From the sequence record MN871449.1: a stretch of DNA of 64,000 bases, one strand, 5' to 3'. Within the stretch, counting starts at the first letter, position 1. Each line of letters begins with the position of its first letter. A program made the translations under genes and the position numbers. Of the stretch, positions 54,025 through 63,125 are shown piece by piece. The notes under the pieces were generated by a model. It searched no databases and was not told where the DNA came from. It worked only from the letters and a program-made list of their open reading frames with translations.

Positions 54025-55353
54025 ATGCCAGGTGATACTCTGGATAAAATGCACATTGCATTAGTGGGTGAGTTTAGTCGGTTCAGTCGTGAACAGTACG
54101 CTAACCGTATTGAAGCACTAGGCGGGGTTATTTGCGAACCGTGTAACGGTATCGATTATATCTTTTACGGTAAATTACCGAAAGAAGAAATTGAAGAGTA
54201 TAAATACGGAATAGACACCGTATTTGGCACTTACAACGAAATCGCTTTATTGGACAAACTGACCGAGGTTGAAATGGACAAGCAAGATCAACTCCCCCTG
54301 AGCCGTATCGAATATTATCAAACTCTTCCTACTCAACCTGACGGCTGTACGGTATTCATGTACGAAGTACGGCGTATGGCTCAGGAATTGGCTGAACTTC
54401 GTCGTCAATCGGTTATTGAACCCAATAAACCTAGGCGGGAGATTCACGAGATAATCGAATGGGATTTTGGGCTTCAGGAACCAGGGATGACTAAACCCTA
54501 TCCGAAAGCGCAGTTTAGCAAAGACGTTGAAACAGAAATCCGGGCGCTGTATGAAACCCTAAGCGGTTCTGATTATAACGGCCCTATCAATAATGTCCGC
54601 GTCCAGAACGACAACAATACCGTGTTGATCACTTTCCGTAATGGCCGGAACAACCTGCTCGGTTTTAACCTGAAACCAGTCCCTGACGTCAACGATCGTT
54701 TCGCTATCCCCGTCACTGAAACGTCTGATGAACTTCAGGCTTTTATCCGCGCCGAATTAGCGAAAAAGGTAAACATTGAGTTACCCGCATCCGGGACATC
54801 AGTTACACTAAAAACCCCGAGTACCGATGAAATTAAAAACCTCGGTTTTAAAGAGACCTTCACCAATGGCGCTAATACCATCGATGAGCACAACGAGTTA
54901 GTACGCGACGCGTTACGTTGGCGTGGCCTGATGGCCTCTCCGGCTATTCGTTTATTCGGCTCTGCTGGGCTTAAAGACGGGGACGTTAAGAAGAGCGGCT
55001 ATGCGCATTTTGGCGGGGAATTCTGGACCATCCACAGCGGGCGTGTATCGAGTTCTGAGGAGACAGTGCGTAATCGTAAACTGATTACTCAATACGCGGA
55101 TATCATGGCGGAGAATGAAGTACGTAAAGCAGATCAATGGATTATGCTCAACGTCGAAGAGAATCTCAGTGCGGATGCTATTACAGAGGTCTACTTCGAA
55201 GGGGAAGAGCTGCGTATGACTATTCCTGCTAATGAAGTCGTTCCTAAAAACGGCGACCTTTCTGATCAAGTAGTGATTTTACAAAATGCGCAGATTGCCG
55301 CACGCGAACGTGGTATCTGGCAACCCTGCACATTAGTAATGAAAGGTAAGTGA
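54025..55353 (+). CDS. Mosaic protein with N-terminal BRCT-like domain
   Basis: IALVGEFSRFSREQYANRIEALGG......DYIFYG matches the ligase-type BRCT pattern. Confidence 0.7.
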   Translation: MPGDTLDKMHIALVGEFSRFSREQYANRIEALGGVICEPCNGIDYIFYGKLPKEEIEEYKYGIDTVFGTYNEIALLDKLTEVEMDKQDQLPLSRIEYYQTLPTQPDGCTVFMYEVRRMAQELAELRRQSVIEPNKPRREIHEIIEWDFGLQEPGMTKPYPKAQFSKDVETEIRALYETLSGSDYNGPINNVRVQNDNNTVLITFRNGRNNLLGFNLKPVPDVNDRFAIPVTETSDELQAFIRAELAKKVNIELPASGTSVTLKTPSTDEIKNLGFKETFTNGANTIDEHNELVRDALRWRGLMASPAIRLFGSAGLKDGDVKKSGYAHFGGEFWTIHSGRVSSSEETVRNRKLITQYADIMAENEVRKADQWIMLNVEENLSADAITEVYFEGEELRMTIPANEVVPKNGDLSDQVVILQNAQIAARERGIWQPCTLVMKGK

Positions 55354-55655
55354 TGAAACAACTTCCGTATTATCACGCGATAGAAGGACTGCCTGAATGG
55401 GCAGTCTCTATTAATTCCTTGTTCGGTGTTCTCCCGCTTAAAGGTTATTTCACGTTAGACGGGAAACCGACAGGAGCGCCGTTCTTGATTAATACTGCAA
55501 TCGAGTCTATCAAGAAACGTATCGATTATCTGAACAAGTTCGATTACCACTTACCAGAGAAACTGGTGCTTGAAGTCGCCTGTTCAGGAAAAGCAAGAGC
55601 AAAATTGAAGCACTTGAAAATACCTGTGCGTTTTGAAATCAGACTCATCTTTTAA
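55350..55655 (+). CDS. Hypothetical protein
   Basis: Coupled ORF. Confidence 0.6.
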   Translation: MMKQLPYYHAIEGLPEWAVSINSLFGVLPLKGYFTLDGKPTGAPFLINTAIESIKKRIDYLNKFDYHLPEKLVLEVACSGKARAKLKHLKIPVRFEIRLIF

Positions 55656-56122
55656 TGGTAAAAGAAAACGCAATGGAATTTAAACTCAACACTCCGCTTA
55701 GTCGGTCTTTAAAAGACATCTACGATTTAGATCTTCCTTGGCTAAGGACTGATCTTTACTTGCAGGCGCTAGAGCGCACCGCGTATTCTCTTTTCGACGT
55801 TAACGATATTACCAAAGCCAATTACGTCGATCCGTGGAGTTCGGCTAAAGTCTACCGTATTCCCGATTCCAATAACCAAGGGATTATGCGAAAGAATAAT
55901 TTCAGTATTCATATCCCGCTGAAGTTACCCAAAGTACCCCCTAGCCGGTTGGTCGGTTTACGACTAGTTATTAAAGTAGAAGGTTATTCTAGTTATGTTG
56001 ACTGTCGTAGCATTGAAATGCAGTTTTTTAAAGACGGCCCATGGGAGGAATTAAAAGGAAAATATAACCTTAAACAGCTCAAGGCTCTAATCTCAACCTA
56101 CAGTACGGATATGCTACAATGA
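55655..56122 (+). CDS. Hypothetical protein
   Basis: Coupled ORF. Confidence 0.65.
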   Translation: MVKENAMEFKLNTPLSRSLKDIYDLDLPWLRTDLYLQALERTAYSLFDVNDITKANYVDPWSSAKVYRIPDSNNQGIMRKNNFSIHIPLKLPKVPPSRLVGLRLVIKVEGYSSYVDCRSIEMQFFKDGPWEELKGKYNLKQLKALISTYSTDMLQ

Positions 56123-56472
56123 AAATAGCGTGGTGGTTAATCGGTTATCTACTTACCTTCGGCTATTACTCGATTTGCTTTTCCCAGTCAGAAAATCATT
56201 CGTTCCCGTTTGATAACCTTTGGGTAATCAGTTTCCTTTATATCGTCTGGTTGTTCTTCTCGATCTTCCTGGATAAATTCCAATTAAGTACCGGGAAAAA
56301 TGATCAATCGCCCAGTTACTGGTGGCTAATATTCTATCCGGGTTACCTTTTTAAGCGTTATCAATTTAAGAAGGAACCGGAGGTATTAGTAGCGGCGGTG
56401 TTATTGACCTTTTATTTTATCGTTTGGTGCTCTGTTCATCTCGGACTGATCAGCTACGACTGGTTTCATTAA
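56119..56472 (+). CDS. Membrane protein (PSYWWLIFYPGYLFKR), paralog of 39248
   Basis: Multiple TMs; shared motif. Confidence 0.7.
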   Translation: MKIAWWLIGYLLTFGYYSICFSQSENHSFPFDNLWVISFLYIVWLFFSIFLDKFQLSTGKNDQSPSYWWLIFYPGYLFKRYQFKKEPEVLVAAVLLTFYFIVWCSVHLGLISYDWFH

Positions 56473-56474
56473 TC

Positions 56475-56498
56475 GAGAGGAGGCAAACGCCTCCTCTC
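56475..56498 (+). terminator. Intrinsic terminator
   Basis: GAGAGGAGGC-AAAC-GCCTCCTCTC. Confidence 0.8.
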
Positions 56499-56522
56499 TC
56501 CTGTTTTCTAAAAGTTTTAAGA

Positions 56523-56532
56523 TCTATATCAC
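56523..56532 (+). promoter_or_regulatory. Early promoter-like motif TCTATATCAC (before AAA ATPase)
   Basis: After terminator. Confidence 0.65.
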
Positions 56533-56581
56533 GTCATTGAAATAAACTCACCCTGATACAAACAACGTTAAGGAACTTTAA

Positions 56582-57898
56582 ATGGACAAGCACGCTTTTT
56601 TCTCTGGATCTCTCTCTGATAACGCACCTATTAAATCATTGAATGATATCTTCGAATCGTTCGGCGAAGCTTACGGGAGCTACGCACGTTTCGTAGGCAA
56701 TAACGAGGAAGAAATTCGCGTCAATAAAATGGTACGTCATTTCCTGACTGCAAATCGACTCCCTATCTTCAACATCGATACCGATCGAATGTTCGATCAG
56801 AATAAATACTACTTCGAATCCACGCAGTGGTTAACTGCGTTCCTGGAAAAACATCGCTTCTTCCAGCACGACGATGACCAGTTCATTGGACTGGATAAAT
56901 ACAATCGTCCGATCGCCTGTATTCGTATTCAAAGCGACATCAGGTCTAACCTCTCTATCGAAGGTATGATGGCGAAAGATATCTACGACGATCTGTTGAT
57001 TCAGATCCAAGAAAATATCAAAATCGATCACCGTACTGACGAAACGAAAGAGGAATTTTATTATTCTGAAGTCGTTATTCGGAAAACGCCAATGGGTGAA
57101 ATGACTCACCTTGAACCCAGAGTCATGCGTCATAGCGGCGAAACGAAGAAGGAATTCTATCCGTTCCTGAACGGCGGTGTGGAAGCGCTCATCGAAGACT
57201 TTATTCAGTCTGATGAATCGGTTCTGATTCTCATGGGTGAACCCGGTACCGGGAAATCGACCGCCATTTCCGCTGCCTGCGTGGCGCTGAACCTTTTCCC
57301 GATCTACGCGAAGAAAACTGAGGTCCTCGAAAACCCAGAATTCATCTCTAAGATCTTCGCGTTCAGCGACGACAAAATGGAAAGGGTTGAAATCTCCAGT
57401 GGTGAAAATGCGCGTTATGAACTTTTCAAAGACCGTTCGCATTTTGAAAATACCCGTAATATGCTGACGCTGCCAAACAGCCACGATGCGAAAACCCGTA
57501 AAGAGCCTACCTTCCCAATCGTGATTGTGGAAGATGGGGATATCCTCTTACGTCCGCGTGCTGACGGTAACACGATGATGTCAGAATTGCTGAACGAAAC
57601 CGACGGCGTAGGGAGCGCCACTACGCGTAAAATCATTATCACGACTAACCTGACCGACAAATCGAAAATCGAACCGGCACTGATGCGCGATGGCCGTCAC
57701 TATCTTGGCGAGCCGTTACACTTCCGTATGCTGACCCCGATGGAGGCCGTTGAAGCTCGCGCGGCGGCGGGTTTACCGAAGTTTGATGTCGTTCCTAAGA
57801 GCGATATCCCGCTGGCAACGGCGCTGCGTAAGCCGCGCAAGAAAATCTACCTGAAAGAAGGCGAAGTCGTCGTTCAAACAGGGCGTTCTCTGAACTAA
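56582..57898 (+). CDS. AAA+ ATPase, monocistronic early unit
   Basis: GEPGTGKST; IIVEDGD; LLNETDG; IIITTN; PALMRDGR. Confidence 0.9.
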   Translation: MDKHAFFSGSLSDNAPIKSLNDIFESFGEAYGSYARFVGNNEEEIRVNKMVRHFLTANRLPIFNIDTDRMFDQNKYYFESTQWLTAFLEKHRFFQHDDDQFIGLDKYNRPIACIRIQSDIRSNLSIEGMMAKDIYDDLLIQIQENIKIDHRTDETKEEFYYSEVVIRKTPMGEMTHLEPRVMRHSGETKKEFYPFLNGGVEALIEDFIQSDESVLILMGEPGTGKSTAISAACVALNLFPIYAKKTEVLENPEFISKIFAFSDDKMERVEISSGENARYELFKDRSHFENTRNMLTLPNSHDAKTRKEPTFPIVIVEDGDILLRPRADGNTMMSELLNETDGVGSATTRKIIITTNLTDKSKIEPALMRDGRHYLGEPLHFRMLTPMEAVEARAAAGLPKFDVVPKSDIPLATALRKPRKKIYLKEGEVVVQTGRSLN

Positions 57899-57905
57899 GG
57901 CTAAT

Positions 57906-57937
57906 AAAAGAAAGAGGGGTCATTCCCTCTTTCTTTT
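57906..57937 (+). terminator. Intrinsic terminator
   Basis: AAAAGAAAGAGGG-GTCATT-CCCTCTTTCTTTT. Confidence 0.85.
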
Positions 57938-57961
57938 TTTTTGTTTCGATTCGTTTTAAAG

Positions 57962-57985
57962 CCTATATCACTTGAGTGAAGGTAA
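57962..57985 (+). promoter_or_regulatory. Early promoter-like motif CCTATATCACTTGAGTGAAGGTAA
   Basis: After terminator; heads the operon containing the AcrVA2-like gene. Confidence 0.7.
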
Positions 57986-58035
57986 CAAAAATTACTTGGT
58001 CTTTAAATAGTTTGTACTTAACACGGAGATAAAAA

Positions 58036-58536
58036 ATGTCCACTGAATTTCGTTCTGCTGCGGTTTTAAAAACCTTTGTTTCTTCTGAAGTCGCTTTCAA
58101 TGCGATTATGTCCCATGTTAAAGGACAAAAAGAAGCCGTAGAGAAAATGAAAAACAACGTTGTTCATTTAGTCAAAGAACACGTCAATCTTGTCCTTTCG
58201 CTTCTTGAGAAATGTAACAAGACGGGGGAGATCCCTGAGGAGTTCCATATTCATAATTCAGGCAATAATAACTACCGCTTCCAGTTGGACTATGAAAGAG
58301 ACAACGTCAGCGTCATGGCGTGTGTCGATGCTGACTGTGACCTTGTCATGAAGCTCACACTTGACTCGACCGCCACTAAAGAAATCACTGGCGGTATTTG
58401 TCCTTGTGTGAGGGGAGACATCGATATTGAGAAAGTGATGGCAGATGCCTTAGACGAATTGTACCCTGCGGAAAGCAAAGTGATGGTCTCCATCGAGGGT
58501 TCTTTCTTCCGCTTTGAGAACAGCTATGGCAGTTAA
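58036..58536 (+). CDS. Hypothetical early protein
   Basis: First gene after promoter 57962; SD GGAG. Confidence 0.7.
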   Translation: MSTEFRSAAVLKTFVSSEVAFNAIMSHVKGQKEAVEKMKNNVVHLVKEHVNLVLSLLEKCNKTGEIPEEFHIHNSGNNNYRFQLDYERDNVSVMACVDADCDLVMKLTLDSTATKEITGGICPCVRGDIDIEKVMADALDELYPAESKVMVSIEGSFFRFENSYGS

Positions 58537-58867
58537 AGAATATCGTATCCCCACGTTAGAGGAATCTGCTCCTCTTAGCAATTGGTTAGAAGCGGTCATT
58601 GAGGGGCGGTCTCTGGCCGCCCCTAACACCCATCCTGTTCAAATTTGTATCGAGAGTTTGGTCGGGAAAAACGCCGTTGCTATTCTGGGATGGAGTCGAA
58701 TAACCAAAAGAGACTTTGTTACTTTACTTTCTACCCTCTCTCACCTGCGTTTCGTCGGAGAGACTGGGATTCGAGTACGCACCTTTGGGGTTTCTGCTCA
58801 GCGCTATAAAATCAACAACGTTAAATCGATTAATGTTCCCTTAGTTAAGGTAAGAAAACATGCCTAA
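58514..58867 (+). CDS. Hypothetical protein
   Basis: In operon. Confidence 0.6.
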   Translation: MRTAMAVKEYRIPTLEESAPLSNWLEAVIEGRSLAAPNTHPVQICIESLVGKNAVAILGWSRITKRDFVTLLSTLSHLRFVGETGIRVRTFGVSAQRYKINNVKSINVPLVKVRKHA

Positions 58868-59120
58868 GTTTAGTATCGTAGGTAATAAAGTCATTGTTGA
58901 TGATAATGATAAGAATTATATCTTCTTTCTTCGTGATGTCAGAAATGTTCGCAAGGAAGAAGAGTGCCGTAAATTAAAAGGGATACTTGGCGATGTCCCT
59001 TTTATCAAGTTAACGATTGAGTTCTACGGAACGCAGAAACCGATTGTTATCAGCCGAGGAAAAATCATCGCCGACCAGGTCGGTTTACTTTACATGGCAC
59101 TCAGAGAGAAACTCGCATGA
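58860..59120 (+). CDS. Hypothetical protein
   Basis: Coupled ORF. Confidence 0.6.
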   Translation: MPKFSIVGNKVIVDDNDKNYIFFLRDVRNVRKEEECRKLKGILGDVPFIKLTIEFYGTQKPIVISRGKIIADQVGLLYMALREKLA

Positions 59121-59383
59121 AAAAATTGATATATGTTCTTCTTGGTCTGGTTATTCTAATGTTGTTGGCAACGCCTTATTTTCTTTCTAAAAAGAAAGAA
59201 TACGATTTAGAGCAGTGTAAACTAACGAAACGGCTTTATTCACAAGTGGAAGTCATTTATAGCGATGGCTGCTACATCAATTTCGGTAACGGCGTTTTTA
59301 TCTCATCTACGGGTTTTGATAACCAACTCTACACCCGTGAACAGATCCTCAAGAAAAGCGACAACGCCATCATTATCCAATAA
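59117..59383 (+). CDS. Small signal-anchored protein
   Basis: MKKLIYVLLGLVILMLL N-terminus. Confidence 0.65.
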   Translation: MKKLIYVLLGLVILMLLATPYFLSKKKEYDLEQCKLTKRLYSQVEVIYSDGCYINFGNGVFISSTGFDNQLYTREQILKKSDNAIIIQ

Positions 59384-59397
59384 CAGAGAACCAAACA

Positions 59398-59586
59398 ATG
59401 AAAGAATCACTACGTAAGAAAATCGATAACCTGGTCACCTACGATCTGTCTACCTGCATGACCACGGTAAAAAGCGCAAAGCGTCGAGTCGCAAGAAAGT
59501 ACCGTATTCCTGCACGACAGGCAGCGAAAGTTGTCAAAGAGCTGGACGGCCTGGCTACTTGGTGGAATCCCACTTTAGATATTTAA
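59398..59586 (+). CDS. Small basic protein
   Basis: In operon. Confidence 0.6.
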   Translation: MKESLRKKIDNLVTYDLSTCMTTVKSAKRRVARKYRIPARQAAKVVKELDGLATWWNPTLDI

Positions 59587-59619
59587 TTATTTTTTCTTAA
59601 AACGCAAAAGGTAAACAAA

Positions 59620-59994
59620 ATGAACACGCTGAAAAACGTCGATGAAAAATTATTCTCTGCTTTTAAACAATCAGATTACGTTATTGGGTTTCTTGTTGGG
59701 AATATCTCGGCGACGCTGCAGAACCCAAAAGCATCTCCGAAATTACATAGTGCTCTTACAGTTGCTGCTGTGCGCGATTTATCTAAAATCGAAGCTTTCG
59801 CTTACGTTTACAAGGAAGAGATTTTGGCGCGAGCCAAAGCTTATTCAACTTCATTAACGAAAATAGAGTATGAAACGCTCGACGAACTTTACCACGCGCT
59901 TGAAAAAGAGTTGAAAGGGGAAGATTTTAGTAATTCAATCTCAAAAATGTTCTCTGGCTTAGAGAAAGTCAGTCTGAAAAACTTAGTTAATTAA
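59620..59994 (+). CDS. Hypothetical protein
   Basis: SD AAGGT. Confidence 0.65.
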   Translation: MNTLKNVDEKLFSAFKQSDYVIGFLVGNISATLQNPKASPKLHSALTVAAVRDLSKIEAFAYVYKEEILARAKAYSTSLTKIEYETLDELYHALEKELKGEDFSNSISKMFSGLEKVSLKNLVN

Positions 59995-59997
59995 CCG

Positions 59998-60603
59998 GTG
60001 AGCGAAATGGAAAACAGCATCGCAGAAAAGGTCATCGCGTTAGAGATCGAATACGGCAAATGGGCAAGAGAAAATCTTTTACGTCAAGATAATTCGATTA
60101 TTGCCTTTGTCTATTCGGTTAAGATGGGCCGTAAAATCTACGAATATGACCACAGTGAAAATATGAACGGGGTTCAGGTCGACTTCCGCCCGACCACGCA
60201 GGAAGAGATGTACAACTGCATCCGCGACTGGACGCATCTTAACCCGAAAGATGCATATTGGTTCATCCCTGTGAACATGTGGTGGACGGTTGTTAGCCCC
60301 CGTACTAAAGAGCACCCGCTACTCGTACCGACTGACAAACTTTTGGTTGGTCACGGTGCGATGGGGTTGGTCTTTACCGAGGGACGGAAGGTCTGTAAAT
60401 CCTACGGTCATGACGTCAAGACGCTTAAATTGACAAAACAAACGTTCACTGCACGTTTAGCAAACAAAGCGGTTTACGACGTTCACGTGCAGGCCAATAA
60501 CCCCTTCCGGCCGCAATCGCTACGAGAGGCGCTTTTCTCTGTCTTTTGCAGTAACGTTGAGAAAGGGATGGAATTGTTTTATAAGGGGATTACGGGTGAA
60601 TGA
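59998..60603 (+). CDS. Hypothetical protein
   Basis: In operon. Confidence 0.65.
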   Translation: MSEMENSIAEKVIALEIEYGKWARENLLRQDNSIIAFVYSVKMGRKIYEYDHSENMNGVQVDFRPTTQEEMYNCIRDWTHLNPKDAYWFIPVNMWWTVVSPRTKEHPLLVPTDKLLVGHGAMGLVFTEGRKVCKSYGHDVKTLKLTKQTFTARLANKAVYDVHVQANNPFRPQSLREALFSVFCSNVEKGMELFYKGITGE

Positions 60604-60859
60604 AGACCTAGAGAAACTCAAGGCGAATATTCCGCGTGTCATTGAGATCTTGACGAATAAGAACATTACGCCGATTGATCAAAGTACCCTGATCATTTTC
60701 ATGACGCTAGAGGCGCTGGGTAAGAACCACTTACTCAAACCCTATAACGAGGCCGTCTCTGAGCATTTAGAGGAGCTGAACAGTAAAGGTACGTTAGACT
60801 ATCAAATCGTCTTTAACGGAAACGGGAACCTGGGAACACGCGAGTCTGAGGAGAGCTAA
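60557..60859 (+). CDS. Hypothetical protein (start uncertain)
   Basis: Abuts the next gene. Confidence 0.6.
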   Translation: MRKGWNCFIRGLRVNEDLEKLKANIPRVIEILTNKNITPIDQSTLIIFMTLEALGKNHLLKPYNEAVSEHLEELNSKGTLDYQIVFNGNGNLGTRESEES

Positions 60860-61834
60860 ATGAAAATACTGGAGACAGTGGAGAAAACGCTCTTACCCCG
60901 TTTACGGGCATGGGACGCGAAGGATTTCTTCAATCGTATCCTCACGGAAAAGAAAGGGGAGGTTCCACCGTATTTCTACCCTATCGAAATATGGGGAGAG
61001 AATCGTAACTGGAACAATAAGATCGATTTAACTAACCCGTATTATCGTGAAATCTTTTGGCATATGAGCATGGCGTATTGCTGGCAAATTACTAAACCTG
61101 AATATCAGATCCCTACTGAATTATTACCCGATGTATTGGACTCTGAATTCAACGGTAAATTGCCGCTCAGTGTTTTGAAAACTATCCCTCATTGGACCGG
61201 GTACGTCGACCTTTCAGCGTGCCCTATCAAACACCCTCTCCCGGAGGAACCGACTATCGAAGGGATTTTCCTTTCTACGGTTACACACTGGAGCGGGAAA
61301 GAGGGTCTAACGATCGTTTACCCGTATAATGATAACGGCTTCCCGCAAACGTTATTCTTCCCGTTTGATGAAGGTTTGACACTGGAGGAGGTCATTGCTT
61401 CTGACCCTACTATTGTACGGGCTGCAAAAGAATACAATATCGATACGGTTAAAGCTGTCGATATTCTAATGCGTGACGGGTACCGTGAAACGTACACTAA
61501 GCTACTCAACGTGGCATTGTTTGTTGCGCAGGAATACGAGTTGCAAGACCGCGCTGACTTCCGTAATACCTTTCGACTTACCCAGATGAAACGGTCGGGT
61601 AAACACTATAGCCTACGGTTCCTGAACGCACACCGTAAGTTTCCGGTAGGGGTCGATTACCTCGAAGAAATCGAGAAGCGAAAGAAAGGACAGAAGACGA
61701 CCGGGCGAGCAGCGCATATCAGACGGGCACACTGGCACGGCTATTGGACCGGTGCTCGTAATAGCCCTAATCGCCAACTGAAAATAAAGTGGATTCGTAC
61801 TAGCGTAGTTTCCGGGAGCAGTAAGGAAGACTGA
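60860..61834 (+). CDS. AcrVA2/FinQ-family-like protein (324 aa)
   Basis: Recalled AcrVA2 motifs: W.....Y.....L.........P..V...P.W..YVD.S and C-terminal HIRRxHWHGYW.G.......W....V; similar length (~320 aa). Confidence 0.7.
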   Translation: MKILETVEKTLLPRLRAWDAKDFFNRILTEKKGEVPPYFYPIEIWGENRNWNNKIDLTNPYYREIFWHMSMAYCWQITKPEYQIPTELLPDVLDSEFNGKLPLSVLKTIPHWTGYVDLSACPIKHPLPEEPTIEGIFLSTVTHWSGKEGLTIVYPYNDNGFPQTLFFPFDEGLTLEEVIASDPTIVRAAKEYNIDTVKAVDILMRDGYRETYTKLLNVALFVAQEYELQDRADFRNTFRLTQMKRSGKHYSLRFLNAHRKFPVGVDYLEEIEKRKKGQKTTGRAAHIRRAHWHGYWTGARNSPNRQLKIKWIRTSVVSGSSKED

Positions 61835-61862
61835 TGTATAAAATTCAGAAAGAGGTGAAAAT

Positions 61863-62162
61863 ATGACAAAAGAAAAACAGGAAGAAATGGAAATCCATCA
61901 ACTTTGGATGAAAGGATACGATCAACTTTTTACCGCGAGACACCACGGGACTGACTTACCTCATTACTTTATTCAGTTCCGAGAAAACGGTTTAGACGAC
62001 GAGACCATTGCCGCCGCTTTTTCTGTTCCGGTAGATGATGTCGATCATGATATTAAAATTTATACCGAGGCCACCGAGATTATGAAAAAATCTGATAAGT
62101 TAGCGGAGGCTTGGATCTCTAAAAACGGACATAGCCCGCTATTAGAAGGGTACGATGAGTAG
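61863..62162 (+). CDS. HTH-like small protein (paralog of next)
   Basis: GLDDETIAAAFSVPVDDVDHDI. Confidence 0.65.
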   Translation: MTKEKQEEMEIHQLWMKGYDQLFTARHHGTDLPHYFIQFRENGLDDETIAAAFSVPVDDVDHDIKIYTEATEIMKKSDKLAEAWISKNGHSPLLEGYDE

Positions 62163-62194
62163 TTTGACCCGCCACAGTAAAAAGGTACCTAAGG

Positions 62195-62428
62195 ATGCAA
62201 CGTGACAAATATCTGGCTTACCTGGCCGAGTTTGACGAACTGATGTCACAACTCGAAAATCCGCAGATCGCCCGAACGATGGAGAACGCTGCCAATCATG
62301 GTATGCGAGTAGAAGAGATCGCTTTCTTTTACAACATCCCGGTGGCCTCGGTCGAAAAAGACATTGCGACCCTGAATAAAGTCAGGAATCTAACCACGAT
62401 GATTACTGGAGATTTAAACGAATGCTAA
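62195..62428 (+). CDS. HTH-like small protein
   Basis: GMRVEEIAFFYNIPVASVEKDI. Confidence 0.65.
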   Translation: MQRDKYLAYLAEFDELMSQLENPQIARTMENAANHGMRVEEIAFFYNIPVASVEKDIATLNKVRNLTTMITGDLNEC

Positions 62429-62748
62429 AGAAAATCAAAGACATTTTGTTTGGTGAGTTACGTTACAGCGAACAGTTTGTACGTTTAGTGGTGGTTCAGA
62501 GTAACAAAGGCCCTTTGCATCTCTATCTGAAACAACCCGTCACGTCTCGAAAACGCTTCTCTAAGAAGCGGAAAAACGGTAACCGTTTCTGGGAGCTACA
62601 AAATACCATCGCTAATCCCTTTTTCGGGAGAAGTCAACAAGAAACTCCTGCAAGTGCTCTGAACGAGATCTTAAAAGAAATAGGGTTACCCTTCCTGGTT
62701 AACTGGCATCGCAACGAAGGAACTTTTTCGATTACCTTTACCGATTGA
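62422..62748 (+). CDS. Hypothetical protein
   Basis: Coupled ORF. Confidence 0.6.
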   Translation: MLKKIKDILFGELRYSEQFVRLVVVQSNKGPLHLYLKQPVTSRKRFSKKRKNGNRFWELQNTIANPFFGRSQQETPASALNEILKEIGLPFLVNWHRNEGTFSITFTD

Positions 62749-63095
62749 CAGGTATTAACATGAAACTTGATTTGGATAATTTGCGTTTTCTTTCTGTCCC
62801 TAAAAATGTAGGTAATTCCAGACAAACCAGTCGGGCAGGGTGTCTTTACAAAAGCGGCTATTTTCGCTTTACGTCCGCAGTAGACGAATTAGAAGATGGT
62901 CATTTCCTGGACATCGCGTTTGACCCGGGGAAGCATCGGTTCTCTTTCCGTTTGAACGGGGACGATGTTGAAATTATCCGGCGTGGGTTTTGGGTCGGTA
63001 CTAAGGTCTACCAAGAGTTCGCTAAACGCAATAAAACTGTCGCGTTTAAATTCCCCGAGAAACCAGACGAAAACGGATGGTTCCATTCTTTGTAA
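62745..63095 (+). CDS. Hypothetical protein, distant member of the 43679/45282 family
   Basis: LDIAFDP..HRFSFRL...ENGWF. Confidence 0.6.
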   Translation: MTGINMKLDLDNLRFLSVPKNVGNSRQTSRAGCLYKSGYFRFTSAVDELEDGHFLDIAFDPGKHRFSFRLNGDDVEIIRRGFWVGTKVYQEFAKRNKTVAFKFPEKPDENGWFHSL

Positions 63096-63125
63096 ACGTT
63101 AAAACGTTAAAAGGTTAAAGACGTC

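Noticed and set aside
56831-57484. 217-aa antisense ORF in the AAA gene (also 31832..32263 in nadR)
   Set aside because: Antisense shadow of a codon-biased real gene.
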